Assembly (NCBI GenBank): GCA_041288095.1
Contig: JBGGMJ010000169.1
Coordinates: 1 to 37,456, forward strand
DNA: 37,456 nucleotides
Source of the DNA: Myxococcota bacterium
GTDB lineage: Bacteria > Myxococcota > XYA12-FULL-58-9 > JALHOP01
Direction: 5' to 3'
Positions 17,497 to 26,700 of this stretch are shown in pieces. The notes below the pieces were generated by a model that saw nothing but the letters and a program-made list of their open reading frames with translations, was not told where the DNA came from and did no database searches. A program made the translations under genes and the position numbers. Each line of letters starts with the position of its first letter. Position 1 is the stretch's first letter.

Positions 17497-19341
17497 TCAG
17501 CGCGCTGCGACGCCGACGATGCTCGCGGTGTAATCGTGATTCAGCCAGGTCGCGAGCGGCACGATGTGCGCGGCTTCGCCGCCGTGCTCTACCCAACTGT
17601 CGACGACGAAGTATTCGCCGGTGCGCCGATGCACGAGGAGCGCCCCGGCGTGCATGCGCTCGCGGCCGGCGATGCTGGGCAGACCAGGCGCGATACCCGG
17701 GACGTTGACGCGGACGCGACCCGAGGGCGCGAAGTGGCGCAGAAGACCACGGTCTTCGAGCTGCTGGAGGAAGAACACGTAGGTGTCCGCCTCCTGCTGG
17801 CAATTGGTTTCACCGGCGATGCCGAAGCCCTCGGACCAAAAGTTCCCTGACCAACCGCCGTGGTCGGCGCCGTAGGGTGTAGAACGCTCGAACAAGCGCG
17901 TCGCGCCGCGCACGGCGCGTAGCTCGAGAACTTCTGGGAGCGATAGGCGACCCTCGCGAATGAGCGTTTGCTCGGCCGGCGTGATGCGTTCGCGCGCGGA
18001 AGGGCGGCGGAAGAAAGCTTCGAGGTTGGTCATCGTCGGCGCCGAGATGGTCTGAGGCCGCCAACCGCTGTCGGCTTCGCGGCCGAGCATGCTGTGGCTG
18101 TCGAACGTCGCGCCGGTCTCACCGCGCTCGCGCAAAACAGCCTGGCGGGCGTCGGCCCGCGCGACGATATGAGCGGTGGGAAGGGAGGTGCGTCGAGCCT
18201 CGCCGATCGCCGTGCCAAGCCGCTGCAGGCTCGCGGGATAGTGCGCGCGATAGCCGTCGACGGTGATCGGCATGCGCGCAATGACGAGGCCGCCCGTGCC
18301 GACGAACGCGTCGCTCACCCAGCGCCCAGGCGGTGGCTCGCGCGTATCGGCCACGGTCACCGCGCCGCGGTCGGCAAAGGACTGCGCGAAGACGCCGTGC
18401 GAGGTGAAGTCGAAGAGCTGCGCGGGGGAGAGCGTTGCGAGCCAGGCGTCGATGAGCGTTGCGTCCTGCTCGATGGCCCGGCGATCGAGCAGCCAGGCGT
18501 CGGCGCGCGGGAAAGTGCCGCTTCGCGCCTCGACGGCCGCGACCAAGGTGGCGAGCTCCGCTGTGGGACGGCCCTGGCCATCGAAGGTCGCTGAAAGGGT
18601 GCGGCCATCGCGCGAGAGCTCACGCGCGTAGGCGCGGGTCGCGGGATCGCTGAACGCCGCGATTGGCACCGCGAGCGCCGCTGCCACCGGAGGGCGCCGT
18701 GCGGCGTCGCTGGCGCGAAAGGCGTCGACGGCTGCCTTGGCGGCGGGAAAGCCGGGGCCGGCGGCGACCCCGAGGTGCGCTGCCGTGAGACCGGTGATGC
18801 CCTCCCGCTGGGTGATCGCGGCGACCACCGCGGCTTGCTCGTCGTCGCGGGCAAGACCCGAGGGGTCTGGGCCCAACACGCCGTCGTTGTTGCCACGGTT
18901 GCGATCGACATTTCGCGCAAGCTCGCGCCACAGCGGGTCGGGCATGGCGTCGATGGCCGGCCCGGCGGCACGCTCGTCCATGCGCGCGATTCGCGTGGCC
19001 AAGCGCTCATAGAGGGGCTGTGTGCGCGCGACGAGGCTTTCGCCCGCCATGCTGGTGCTACGGCTCGCCGCGTGGAGATCGCGGAGGCTTACCTCGCGAT
19101 CGTTGCGCAGACCTTCGTTCTGCAGAGTGCGTACCTGCTCGAGCGCGTCGCCCTCATCGCGGAGCAGCGCCCGGGCGACCGCCGCGGCATCGCTGGGCAA
19201 TTGGCCGAGCTGCGCTTCCAGCTCGGCGCGGGTTACGTGCTGACGCGTGGGGTCGTGGCGATCCGGTATGTGCGCGTCAGGACGTGAGAAATGGGCCGCG
19301 AGCTGCGCCAATCCACGCTGAACGCGGGCGATGTCGGCCAC
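17497..19341 (-). CDS. Hypothetical protein with a C-terminal papain/transglutaminase-like Cys-His-Asp domain (putative protease/deamidase effector)
   Basis: Start moved to the GTG at 19341 (GGGGTG upstream). C-terminal GETNCQQEAD...MHAGALLV...YFVVDSW gives C, H and D in papain-fold order. A DRNRGNNDGVL segment resembles a Ca-binding loop. Confidence 0.7.
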   Translation of the reverse strand: MADIARVQRGLAQLAAHFSRPDAHIPDRHDPTRQHVTRAELEAQLGQLPSDAAAVARALLRDEGDALEQVRTLQNEGLRNDREVSLRDLHAASRSTSMAGESLVARTQPLYERLATRIARMDERAAGPAIDAMPDPLWRELARNVDRNRGNNDGVLGPDPSGLARDDEQAAVVAAITQREGITGLTAAHLGVAAGPGFPAAKAAVDAFRASDAARRPPVAAALAVPIAAFSDPATRAYARELSRDGRTLSATFDGQGRPTAELATLVAAVEARSGTFPRADAWLLDRRAIEQDATLIDAWLATLSPAQLFDFTSHGVFAQSFADRGAVTVADTREPPPGRWVSDAFVGTGGLVIARMPITVDGYRAHYPASLQRLGTAIGEARRTSLPTAHIVARADARQAVLRERGETGATFDSHSMLGREADSGWRPQTISAPTMTNLEAFFRRPSARERITPAEQTLIREGRLSLPEVLELRAVRGATRLFERSTPYGADHGGWSGNFWSEGFGIAGETNCQQEADTYVFFLQQLEDRGLLRHFAPSGRVRVNVPGIAPGLPSIAGRERMHAGALLVHRRTGEYFVVDSWVEHGGEAAHIVPLATWLNHDYTASIVGVAAR

Positions 19342-19379
19342 GACGCACCCCAAGTGTCGCAATCTGCGTTTCCGCTGGG

Positions 19380-19407
19380 TTATCGGCCCCGCGGACGCGA
19401 TCGGTGC
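19380..19407 (-). promoter_or_regulatory. Candidate alternative-sigma (sigma-28-like -10) promoter, copy 2
   Basis: The minus strand reads GCACC, 15 nt, GCCGATAA (perfect FliA -10 consensus), ending 38 nt upstream of the GTG at 19341. Confidence 0.55.
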
Positions 19408-19456
19408 GTGGGAACGGCGCAAAAAATAAAAGTGCCACAACGACAACGAAACCACC

Positions 19457-19483
19457 GCAACCGAATGAGCGACCCCCCGATAA
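19457..19483 (+). promoter_or_regulatory. Candidate alternative-sigma (sigma-28-like -10) promoter, copy 3
   Basis: GCAAC (19457-19461), 14 nt, CCCGATAA (19476-19483). An in-frame ATG follows 5 nt later at 19489. Confidence 0.5.
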
Positions 19484-19488
19484 CGAGC

Positions 19489-19929
19489 ATGTCAGTACAC
19501 GATAACGTGGTCCGTTTTTTCGCCCGTGAGGGCGCGGGAGCCGTCGTGAGCAGCCAAACAGAAAATAGCTCGATGACCGCAATAGCGGACAGAGCGCGGC
19601 GTGCGACGGCGGCTGTGTTGCGAGACGTATGGACGCCTCGCCTCGGCCGGGCCAAGCCTATCGTGTTCGACGCGGTGGTTCAGTGCTGGCATGCCGATTT
19701 TCGCGGCGGTCAGGCAAAGGTCGTTGCGGGCGATGCTCGTGATGCGTCGGTGCGTTTGCGCGCGACGCCCGAGACGCTCCTGCGGCTGTTCACGGAGCCC
19801 GGCTTCTCCACCACGTTTGGTGGAATCGTGAGCCGCGGTGACGACGAGCTGCTGAACCACCTCATCGAAGTTCTATCAACCAAGCAAGACATGCTCGCGG
19901 TGCGGGTGTGCAATTCCAGGAGAGAGTGA
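19489..19929 (+). CDS. Small hypothetical protein, SCP2 sterol-binding-like domain
   Basis: 3' part of ORF 19291..19929; start either 19489 or 19573. WHADFRGGQAKVVAGDARDASVRLRATPETLLRLF...IVSRGDDELL matches the SCP2 pattern. Its stop is 1 nt before the telA-like start. Confidence 0.55.
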   Translation: MSVHDNVVRFFAREGAGAVVSSQTENSSMTAIADRARRATAAVLRDVWTPRLGRAKPIVFDAVVQCWHADFRGGQAKVVAGDARDASVRLRATPETLLRLFTEPGFSTTFGGIVSRGDDELLNHLIEVLSTKQDMLAVRVCNSRRE

Positions 19930-19930
19930 C

Positions 19931-21214
19931 ATGAGTGACGTGAGCATCAACAAAGCAGTTACCACCACCCCACCCCGCGAAGTCGTCGTCGTCGACGCGC
20001 CGGCGGCAGCCCCAATTGGCCCGCTGACCGTCGCGGCCATCGACGCCTCGCAAGCCAAGCCCGGCACGGCGCTCGTCCCGGTGTCCGCCGCGGGCAAGGA
20101 AGTCGTCGCCGCGAACCTCGCGCGCAGCCTCGTTGCGAACCCCTTGAGCGACGCGGAGCGCGAAGGGAAGATCTCGCAGTACTACGCGCAGCTCGACTGG
20201 ACCAACCGCGACTCGATCTTGACGTTCGGCGGCCCGGCTACCGACAAGGTTGCGAAGTTCGCCGACCAGATGACCGAAGGCGTTCGTAACAAGGACGCCG
20301 GCGATGCGGGCGCGTTGATTCGCGGCGTCCTCGGCACCGCCAAGGGCTTCACCCCGGAGATCACCGAGAAGGCCGCTGGCGTGGTCAGCCGCTTCTTTAG
20401 AGCCAAGCAGAACGCCGAGGCCGCGATCTCGGACTTCTGGCAACGCTATGTGCCGGTCCGCGATCAAGTGCAAAGCGTCTCGGACACGCTGAGCCGCAAG
20501 AGCACGGAGTACCAGGCCAAGCGCGCGCAATTCGAAGTGCTGAAGGGCATGTCGATCGAGTCGGCAGTCGATCTCGAGCTCTACATGGAGGCGGCCAAGC
20601 GCTACGCGACGCACCTCGAGGACAACGTGCGTCCCCAGATCGCCACGGAAGCCGAGCAGGCCCTGCAGACCGGCACCAACAAGGTCGTCGCCGCTGCGCG
20701 CCCGCGCGAGCTCAACAACGCGATCACGGATCTCCAGCGTCAGATCGCCGCCATCGAGACCGGTATCACCTTGGCGGAGCAGCAGATCCCGACGCTCGAT
20801 CTGATCATCCAGAATCAGCTCAACATGGTTGGCAAGATCGCGCAGATCAAGACCATCACGCTCCCGGCATGGAAGCAGATGTTGGTCGCGAACATCGAAG
20901 CCTTCGCGCAGCAGAAGGACGTCGACCTCGCGAACCTCATCACCGACACCACCGAGGATTTCATGGTGCGCACCTCGGCGGCCGTGAAGGGCGCCGCGGT
21001 CTCGAGCGCCAAGATGGCGGAGCGGGCCGTCGTTTCGCCCCAGGCCATCAGAGAGGTGAATGCCAACCTGATCGCGGCGTACCAGGAGATCGATCAGATC
21101 ACCCGTGACGCGGCGACGCTGCGCCAAACGGCGAGCACCGAGATCAACGCCTCGCGCGAGCAGCTCGCGAAGGCGATGGCGGGCCGTATCCTCCCGTCGC
21201 AGGTCCAGGCGTAA
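19931..21214 (+). CDS. telA: Toxic anion resistance protein, TelA/KlaA family, with a low-complexity N-terminal extension
   Basis: SILTFGGPATDKVAKFADQMTEGVRNKDAGDAG, LELYMEAAK, QQIPTLDLIIQNQLNMVGKI and TITLPAWKQML match the TelA family pattern. RBS GGAGAG. Confidence 0.8.
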   Translation: MSDVSINKAVTTTPPREVVVVDAPAAAPIGPLTVAAIDASQAKPGTALVPVSAAGKEVVAANLARSLVANPLSDAEREGKISQYYAQLDWTNRDSILTFGGPATDKVAKFADQMTEGVRNKDAGDAGALIRGVLGTAKGFTPEITEKAAGVVSRFFRAKQNAEAAISDFWQRYVPVRDQVQSVSDTLSRKSTEYQAKRAQFEVLKGMSIESAVDLELYMEAAKRYATHLEDNVRPQIATEAEQALQTGTNKVVAAARPRELNNAITDLQRQIAAIETGITLAEQQIPTLDLIIQNQLNMVGKIAQIKTITLPAWKQMLVANIEAFAQQKDVDLANLITDTTEDFMVRTSAAVKGAAVSSAKMAERAVVSPQAIREVNANLIAAYQEIDQITRDAATLRQTASTEINASREQLAKAMAGRILPSQVQA

Positions 21215-21223
21215 AGACACTCG

Positions 21224-21263
21224 GCGCGGGCAGGCACGAACACCTGCCCGCGCTCCTTTTTTT
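21224..21263 (+). terminator. Rho-independent terminator after telA
   Basis: 11-bp perfect stem GCGCGGGCAGG/CCTGCCCGCGC with an 8-nt loop, followed by TCC and T7. Confidence 0.8.
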
Positions 21264-21292
21264 CATACATCCGATCGATTCGAGACACCGTC

Positions 21293-23782
21293 ATGACCGA
21301 CATCAACGCCTCCCAGATCAAGCGCCCCGAGCGCCTCGACGCAGACCACCTCGTCAGCCCCGCCGTGCGCTTCGAAGACAGCGTCCGCAAAGGCGGATTC
21401 GGCGCCTGGACGAAAACCGCGCCCGACGCCACATCCTTCTGCAAAGTCAGCCGCGAGATCGGCGAATTCCTAGTCGAGCTCGATGCCCGCCGTGACGGCA
21501 CCGTGGCCATGCGCTTGCTCGCGCCGCACAGCGGCCGAGAGGTCGACCAGAAAGAAGTTTCGCTCGCTCTCATCCAGGCCGCGATCGCGGACGCGCCGTT
21601 GCCCAACCAGGCAGGCAAGCGCACCCAGGCGAACCTCGCCGCGCAGGCGCGGCTCCAGAGCGGCAACGCTACAATCCCGGAGACCGCCGCGGCGGCCGCG
21701 CAGAAGAGCGCGTCGAACGTCAGCAAGTGGCTCAAGGGCTTCCTCAACGCCCCGGCGCAGGCGGCGCCGACCACGGCCGCCGACGTGGACGCCAAGCGCG
21801 TCACCGAAGTTCGCACCGAGATCGAAGCCCTGCGCCAGCAGATTCAAGTGCTCGAGTCGACGCTGCCGTCGAGCGAGCAAGCCGCGAAGCTGGACGCCCA
21901 GGCGGCGGCGGATTTCGCCGTCTTGCGCGAAACCTGCCAGGCGCTGCGTTACACGGCGGCGCAGGCCTCGACCACGGCGCTGGACCCGGTGTTCGCGAAC
22001 GTGCTGCGCAAGGATCGCTTCGTCGACATGCAGCAGGCCCGCGAGCAGCTCGTCGAGGTCGTCAAGCACGCCGACGTCACTCGCTTGCGTGGTGTCGCCG
22101 GCAACGTCGCGGGCTCGCTTCGCGCCCTGAACGACAAGCTCGTCGACGAGATGAAGGGCGACGTCGGCCAAGGCGTCATCAAACGCATCGCGACCCTCGC
22201 GGCATCGCAGGGCGAATCGGCGGTCGACGCGGCCAAGGTCGCGATGAACGCCTCGCGCTCCGAGCGCCTCAACGTGGTGCGCAACGTGTCGCTGCTGGAG
22301 CTGCGGCTGAGCCCGCAGCCGTCGACGGCGACCGTCGCTCGGTTGAACGAGCTGCTCGCCAGCAACGAAGACGTGAAGCTCCTGCCGGCGTTCATGAAGG
22401 TCATCGACCGCTTGTCCGGCGGCAAGGCCCCCTCCGAGATCCGCGTCTTCTCCCAGGACACCGCCTACGGCAACGACGAGCTCTTGCTGCGCCGTGACGG
22501 CTGGCATTGGGACGTCGGCAGCAGCCAGCGCTCGGTCAAGGATCAAGACCTGCGCGGCACCAACTTCGAGGCGGTGCAGCTCGCGCTCGAGCACCAAGTC
22601 GAAGGCATGCTCGCGGCCATGCGCAGCTATCTCGCGCCGTCGACGCCGGACATCGCCAAGGCTTCGGCGCTCACCGTCATCAGCGAGCTCGGCAAGATTG
22701 CCGATCGCATCGACGGCTTGAAGGGTGGGTTGGATACTCTGCGCACCGAGATCGCCAAGGACGTCATCTTCGACATGCAGAAGCATGCAGACGACGTCGC
22801 GCAGGCCCTGGTGACCGCCGGCTTCGAGCCGACCGTCGCCGATGCCCAGACCTACATCCAGAACGGAGACGCCCTACGCGCGCAGTTCGCCGAGCTGATG
22901 ACGAACGCCGGTGCCGTCGCTGACGCAAACGGCGCGCACGAAGTTCTCTCGCAACCCCGCCTCTTCGAGGAGAAGATCTCGGGCTGGTTCGACCAGGCGC
23001 AGCAGTTCGCTAACGCGGACTACGCGCGGGTCAACTTCGGCAACATCGCGAGCTACATCGACACGGTGTCGAGCGCCTTGATTGCCGCGAACGTCACGCC
23101 GAACGCGCGCAAGTACGTTCGTGACCTCGAGACCGCCGAGACTGCCCGCAAGGCGGTGTTCGAGCCGCTCGCGGCGGGGATGAGCAACAACGGCTTCGCG
23201 ATTGCGGATGTCGCGTCGGACGAGCGCACCGGCCTCGAGCGTGCCATCGCGGCCGCGAAGACCGCCATCGATGGAGCGCCGCAGGCCTCGACCATGACGG
23301 CCCCGCAACCGGCTCCGGCGCCGACCAGCGTGGCTCCGGCCGCTCCGGCCGCGCCCGTCGCCGAGGTTCCCGAGGTCGCGCGTCTGCGTGGCGAGATCGC
23401 CCTGGACGTGGTGTTCGACATGGCCAAGTACCGCGCGGCGGCCGAGAGCGCGCTCGTCGTCGCACGCAAGACCGCGAACGCCGATGCGGCCGTGACCCTC
23501 ATCGACCGCGGTGAGAGCTTGCGCTGGGACTTCGCCAAGATGTTCGTCGACACCGGTGTCGCGACCGACAACAACCATGCACACGAGCTTCTCGCCACCG
23601 CGGCTCAGGCGAACGAGGCCATCCTCGGCTCGCTCACCGCGGCCGGCTATACCAAGGAAGCAGAGCGCGTGCGCCAGGAGCTGCCGGAGTTTGCTCGTTA
23701 CCTGAGCACCGTCGTCTCGGCGCTCATCGCCACCAAAGCCACCGACAACGCCAAGGCCTACGTCGCCGCCGGCGGTATGTGA
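21293..23782 (+). CDS. Hypothetical helical protein (829 aa) with a duplicated 127-aa C-terminal domain
   Basis: Long ORF in the run of co-oriented genes. Internal duplication at 22739-23119 and 23384-23764, separated by a linker ending in a Pro/Ala-rich stretch. Confidence 0.8.
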   Translation: MTDINASQIKRPERLDADHLVSPAVRFEDSVRKGGFGAWTKTAPDATSFCKVSREIGEFLVELDARRDGTVAMRLLAPHSGREVDQKEVSLALIQAAIADAPLPNQAGKRTQANLAAQARLQSGNATIPETAAAAAQKSASNVSKWLKGFLNAPAQAAPTTAADVDAKRVTEVRTEIEALRQQIQVLESTLPSSEQAAKLDAQAAADFAVLRETCQALRYTAAQASTTALDPVFANVLRKDRFVDMQQAREQLVEVVKHADVTRLRGVAGNVAGSLRALNDKLVDEMKGDVGQGVIKRIATLAASQGESAVDAAKVAMNASRSERLNVVRNVSLLELRLSPQPSTATVARLNELLASNEDVKLLPAFMKVIDRLSGGKAPSEIRVFSQDTAYGNDELLLRRDGWHWDVGSSQRSVKDQDLRGTNFEAVQLALEHQVEGMLAAMRSYLAPSTPDIAKASALTVISELGKIADRIDGLKGGLDTLRTEIAKDVIFDMQKHADDVAQALVTAGFEPTVADAQTYIQNGDALRAQFAELMTNAGAVADANGAHEVLSQPRLFEEKISGWFDQAQQFANADYARVNFGNIASYIDTVSSALIAANVTPNARKYVRDLETAETARKAVFEPLAAGMSNNGFAIADVASDERTGLERAIAAAKTAIDGAPQASTMTAPQPAPAPTSVAPAAPAAPVAEVPEVARLRGEIALDVVFDMAKYRAAAESALVVARKTANADAAVTLIDRGESLRWDFAKMFVDTGVATDNNHAHELLATAAQANEAILGSLTAAGYTKEAERVRQELPEFARYLSTVVSALIATKATDNAKAYVAAGGM

Positions 23783-23791
23783 GAGACCACC

Positions 23792-26700
23792 ATGCTCGCT
23801 AGTGCACACCTGACCCGCGAGAACCTCGGCACGTTGAGCGAGGTCCTCGGACCCTACGTCGGCACCAAGATGGATGCGACCACCCAAACCCGCGTGGCGC
23901 AGGAGCTCACCGCGCGGTTCGGCACGCCCGTCACGGCGGCCGAGCTGCCGTCGCTGGTGCGCGGCTATGCCGCCATCGCGGACCGGGTGGCCAGTCAGGA
24001 TGCGCGCCAAGCAGATGTCGGCAAGCGCTTCGGTGGAACGCTCGTCGCTTCGAGCACCCGTGACGATCGCCGTTCGCGTTGGAACGCGAAGGGCCCGCTC
24101 GCATTTCTCATGCGGGCGACGACGAGCACGTTTCCCATGGAGACCTTGACCAGCGCGGTGATGCGCACCGCGGCGCTCGGCGATATGGCTCGTGCCGTGC
24201 TCGCCGGTACCGCCAAGGCGGCCCGAGCCGGTCTCGCGGCGGGTCTCGTCCTCGGCACGTTGGGTGGCGCGGTCAGCACCGCGGCCTTCGCGCAAGAGCT
24301 CGGCACCGCGGGGCAAGCCCAGGTGCGCGCCATGCCTGCCCGCGATCTGGAAGACGCCGGTGCCCGCTTGAGCCGCGGCCAGAACGTTTACGTCATCGGT
24401 AACATCGATGCGCGGCACAACCTCGACAGCCTCGAGAGCTACCTGCGTCGGCACGCGCCGTCCGTGACCGTCATCGCGGTCGAGCGCGCCGACCGTGACA
24501 ACGCCGGCATTCGCCAGTTCGTCGACACGTGGCTCGCCCAGGCGCCGGCGGTACGCTCGCGCGTCGACGCCCAGAGCGGTCAGAACAACGCCGTCATCAT
24601 GGTCGTGAGCTTCGGCAACAGCGCCGGGCCGAACAAGCGCTCGTTCACCTATGCCGCCGGCGAGTACTATGCGCGTCGCGGCTTCGCCACCAGCGTCGAC
24701 GTCGAGAGCGTGTTCAAGCGACCCGGGGCGGATGCCTCGATCGATACGCGTGTTCGCGCGGTCGTCAATCACATCAACGGCGGCGTCGAGCGGCCGGCTA
24801 TCGCCGCGGGAGCTCCGAGCGTATCGCCGGCGCAGCCCAGCGTCTCCGCGGAGGGTCTGAGCACGCAGACGACGATCCTCTCCGGCGTCGGCATCCTTGG
24901 CGCCGGCTTGGCTCTCCTCGTCGGCCTCGCGCACCTACGTCGTCGCCGCGCCGGCAAGGAAGCGCAAGAGCGCATCGCGAGCGTCGAGCAGAAGCTCGAG
25001 CTGACGCTCACCACCTACGCACAGCAGCTCGACGCGCTTCGCCAGAAGGTGAGCGACGATCCGCAGGCCCTCGTCGACCGCTTCGCGGGACAGAGCGACC
25101 AGGTCGCCGAACAAATCGTGCGCGATATCGGAGAGCTCGCGGTCGCGCAGGGCTCGGCCCGCTTCCTCCTTTCGGAAGCCAAAGCATTGGTCGCCCGCGA
25201 CGCCGCGCGCTCCGCCGCGGCGAGCTTCCTCTCCAGCCAGGACCTGCGCGCCGCGGTCGCGACGCTGACCGACCGCGAGGTGCAGATTTCGCCGCGGCCG
25301 GAGATCCAGCTCGCGCTCGGCGAGACGGTTGGCTCACCGCAGTGGCTCGTGGCCATTCAAGACAACCTCAAGGGCTTTGCCCCGTTCACCGCGAGCTCCA
25401 ACAAGCTGCTCGCGAGCATCGACCAGCTCGGTAAGCGCGCCGCGAAGAACACGGACGAGCTGGCGGCCGCTCTGGCGACCGGCGGCAATTTCACCGAGCT
25501 CGAGACCGAGAAGACCGACCTCATTCAGCTGGTTCGCGACCTCGATCGCAAGGCGCCCGATGGTCAGTTCCGCGTGCCGCTCACGCCGATCACCACTGCC
25601 ATCAGCGCGACCCTCGAGGCCGCGCGTGCCGAATGGAGCAGCAATCCCGTAGGCGCCGTGAACGGTGTCGGTGCCACCGCATCGCGTATGCTCCAAGAGA
25701 CCGCGGCGCTCACCCACGCTGGTATCGAAGCGCGCGACGTGACGTTGCCGGCGCTCACCGCTGCCAAGGCGAAGCTCGCGGCCTCCGAGGTCGATACGGC
25801 TTGGCTCGACACGGCCATCGCGGCGCTGTCGCGTGACGTCACGAAGATTGCCGGTCAGATCCCCGACGGGTCCGTCAAAAACGACATCGATCGGCTCACC
25901 GCCGCGCTGTCGCGTCTGGTCGCTCGCGCGGAGAACGCGGTTACCCTGAATGAGCGCCGCACGGGCCGCGCCGCCACGGATATCGCGACCGCGACTCAAA
26001 ACGTCGATGGCGCGCGTGCCGAGCTCGCGGTCAAGCTTCGCATCGCGCCCGAGCGGATGCTGCGCGAAGACGGCTTCGACCCATCGGCGCGACTCGCCGA
26101 AGCGAGCACCTCCCTCGCGCAAAGCAAGCCGGCCTTGGATATCGGCGACATCGAAGCCGCGACCACGGCGCTGGCCGACGTCGACGCGCGCGTCAAGGAA
26201 GCAAACGATCTCGTCGACGAGGCGCGCTTCACGGTCGCCAAGCACGCGGAGAATCTGCGCGCCTTCACCGAGGAAGAGCGTGTCCTGGGGCCGGCGGTCG
26301 ACGACCACTTGGGCCTCGCGGGCGAGCTGCGTCGCATGTACGCGCCGCACGTGGTCCGAGAGCTCGACGGCGTGGACATCGCGATGGGCGACGCATTCCA
26401 GGCAGGGTATTCTGCCGTGCATTCCGCCGACCCGCTCTTCAGGCGTGGCGCGCTCATTGGAGCGTCGCGCGCTTTATTGACCGCGGAGCAACACTTCGCC
26501 ACGGTGCGCACCAACATGGAGCGGATCGGCCGCGTCGCGCAGGCGCTCGAGGCAGCCGACCGCGCCAATGCGGAGGCGGCTCAGGTCGCGGTGCTTGCGT
26601 ACACCACGGCAGCGCAGCTCGCCGCCAACGGCGTCACGAGCTCGACGATGGCGCTGATCACCAACTCGCAGCTTGCGGTAACAATGGCAGCGGCGGGGCT

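Noticed and set aside
19885..24117. Short shared peptide motif (DMLAVRV in the SCP2-like protein, GPLAFLMRA in the 1047-aa leader) as a secretion signal
   Set aside because: Too short and degenerate to support from two examples.
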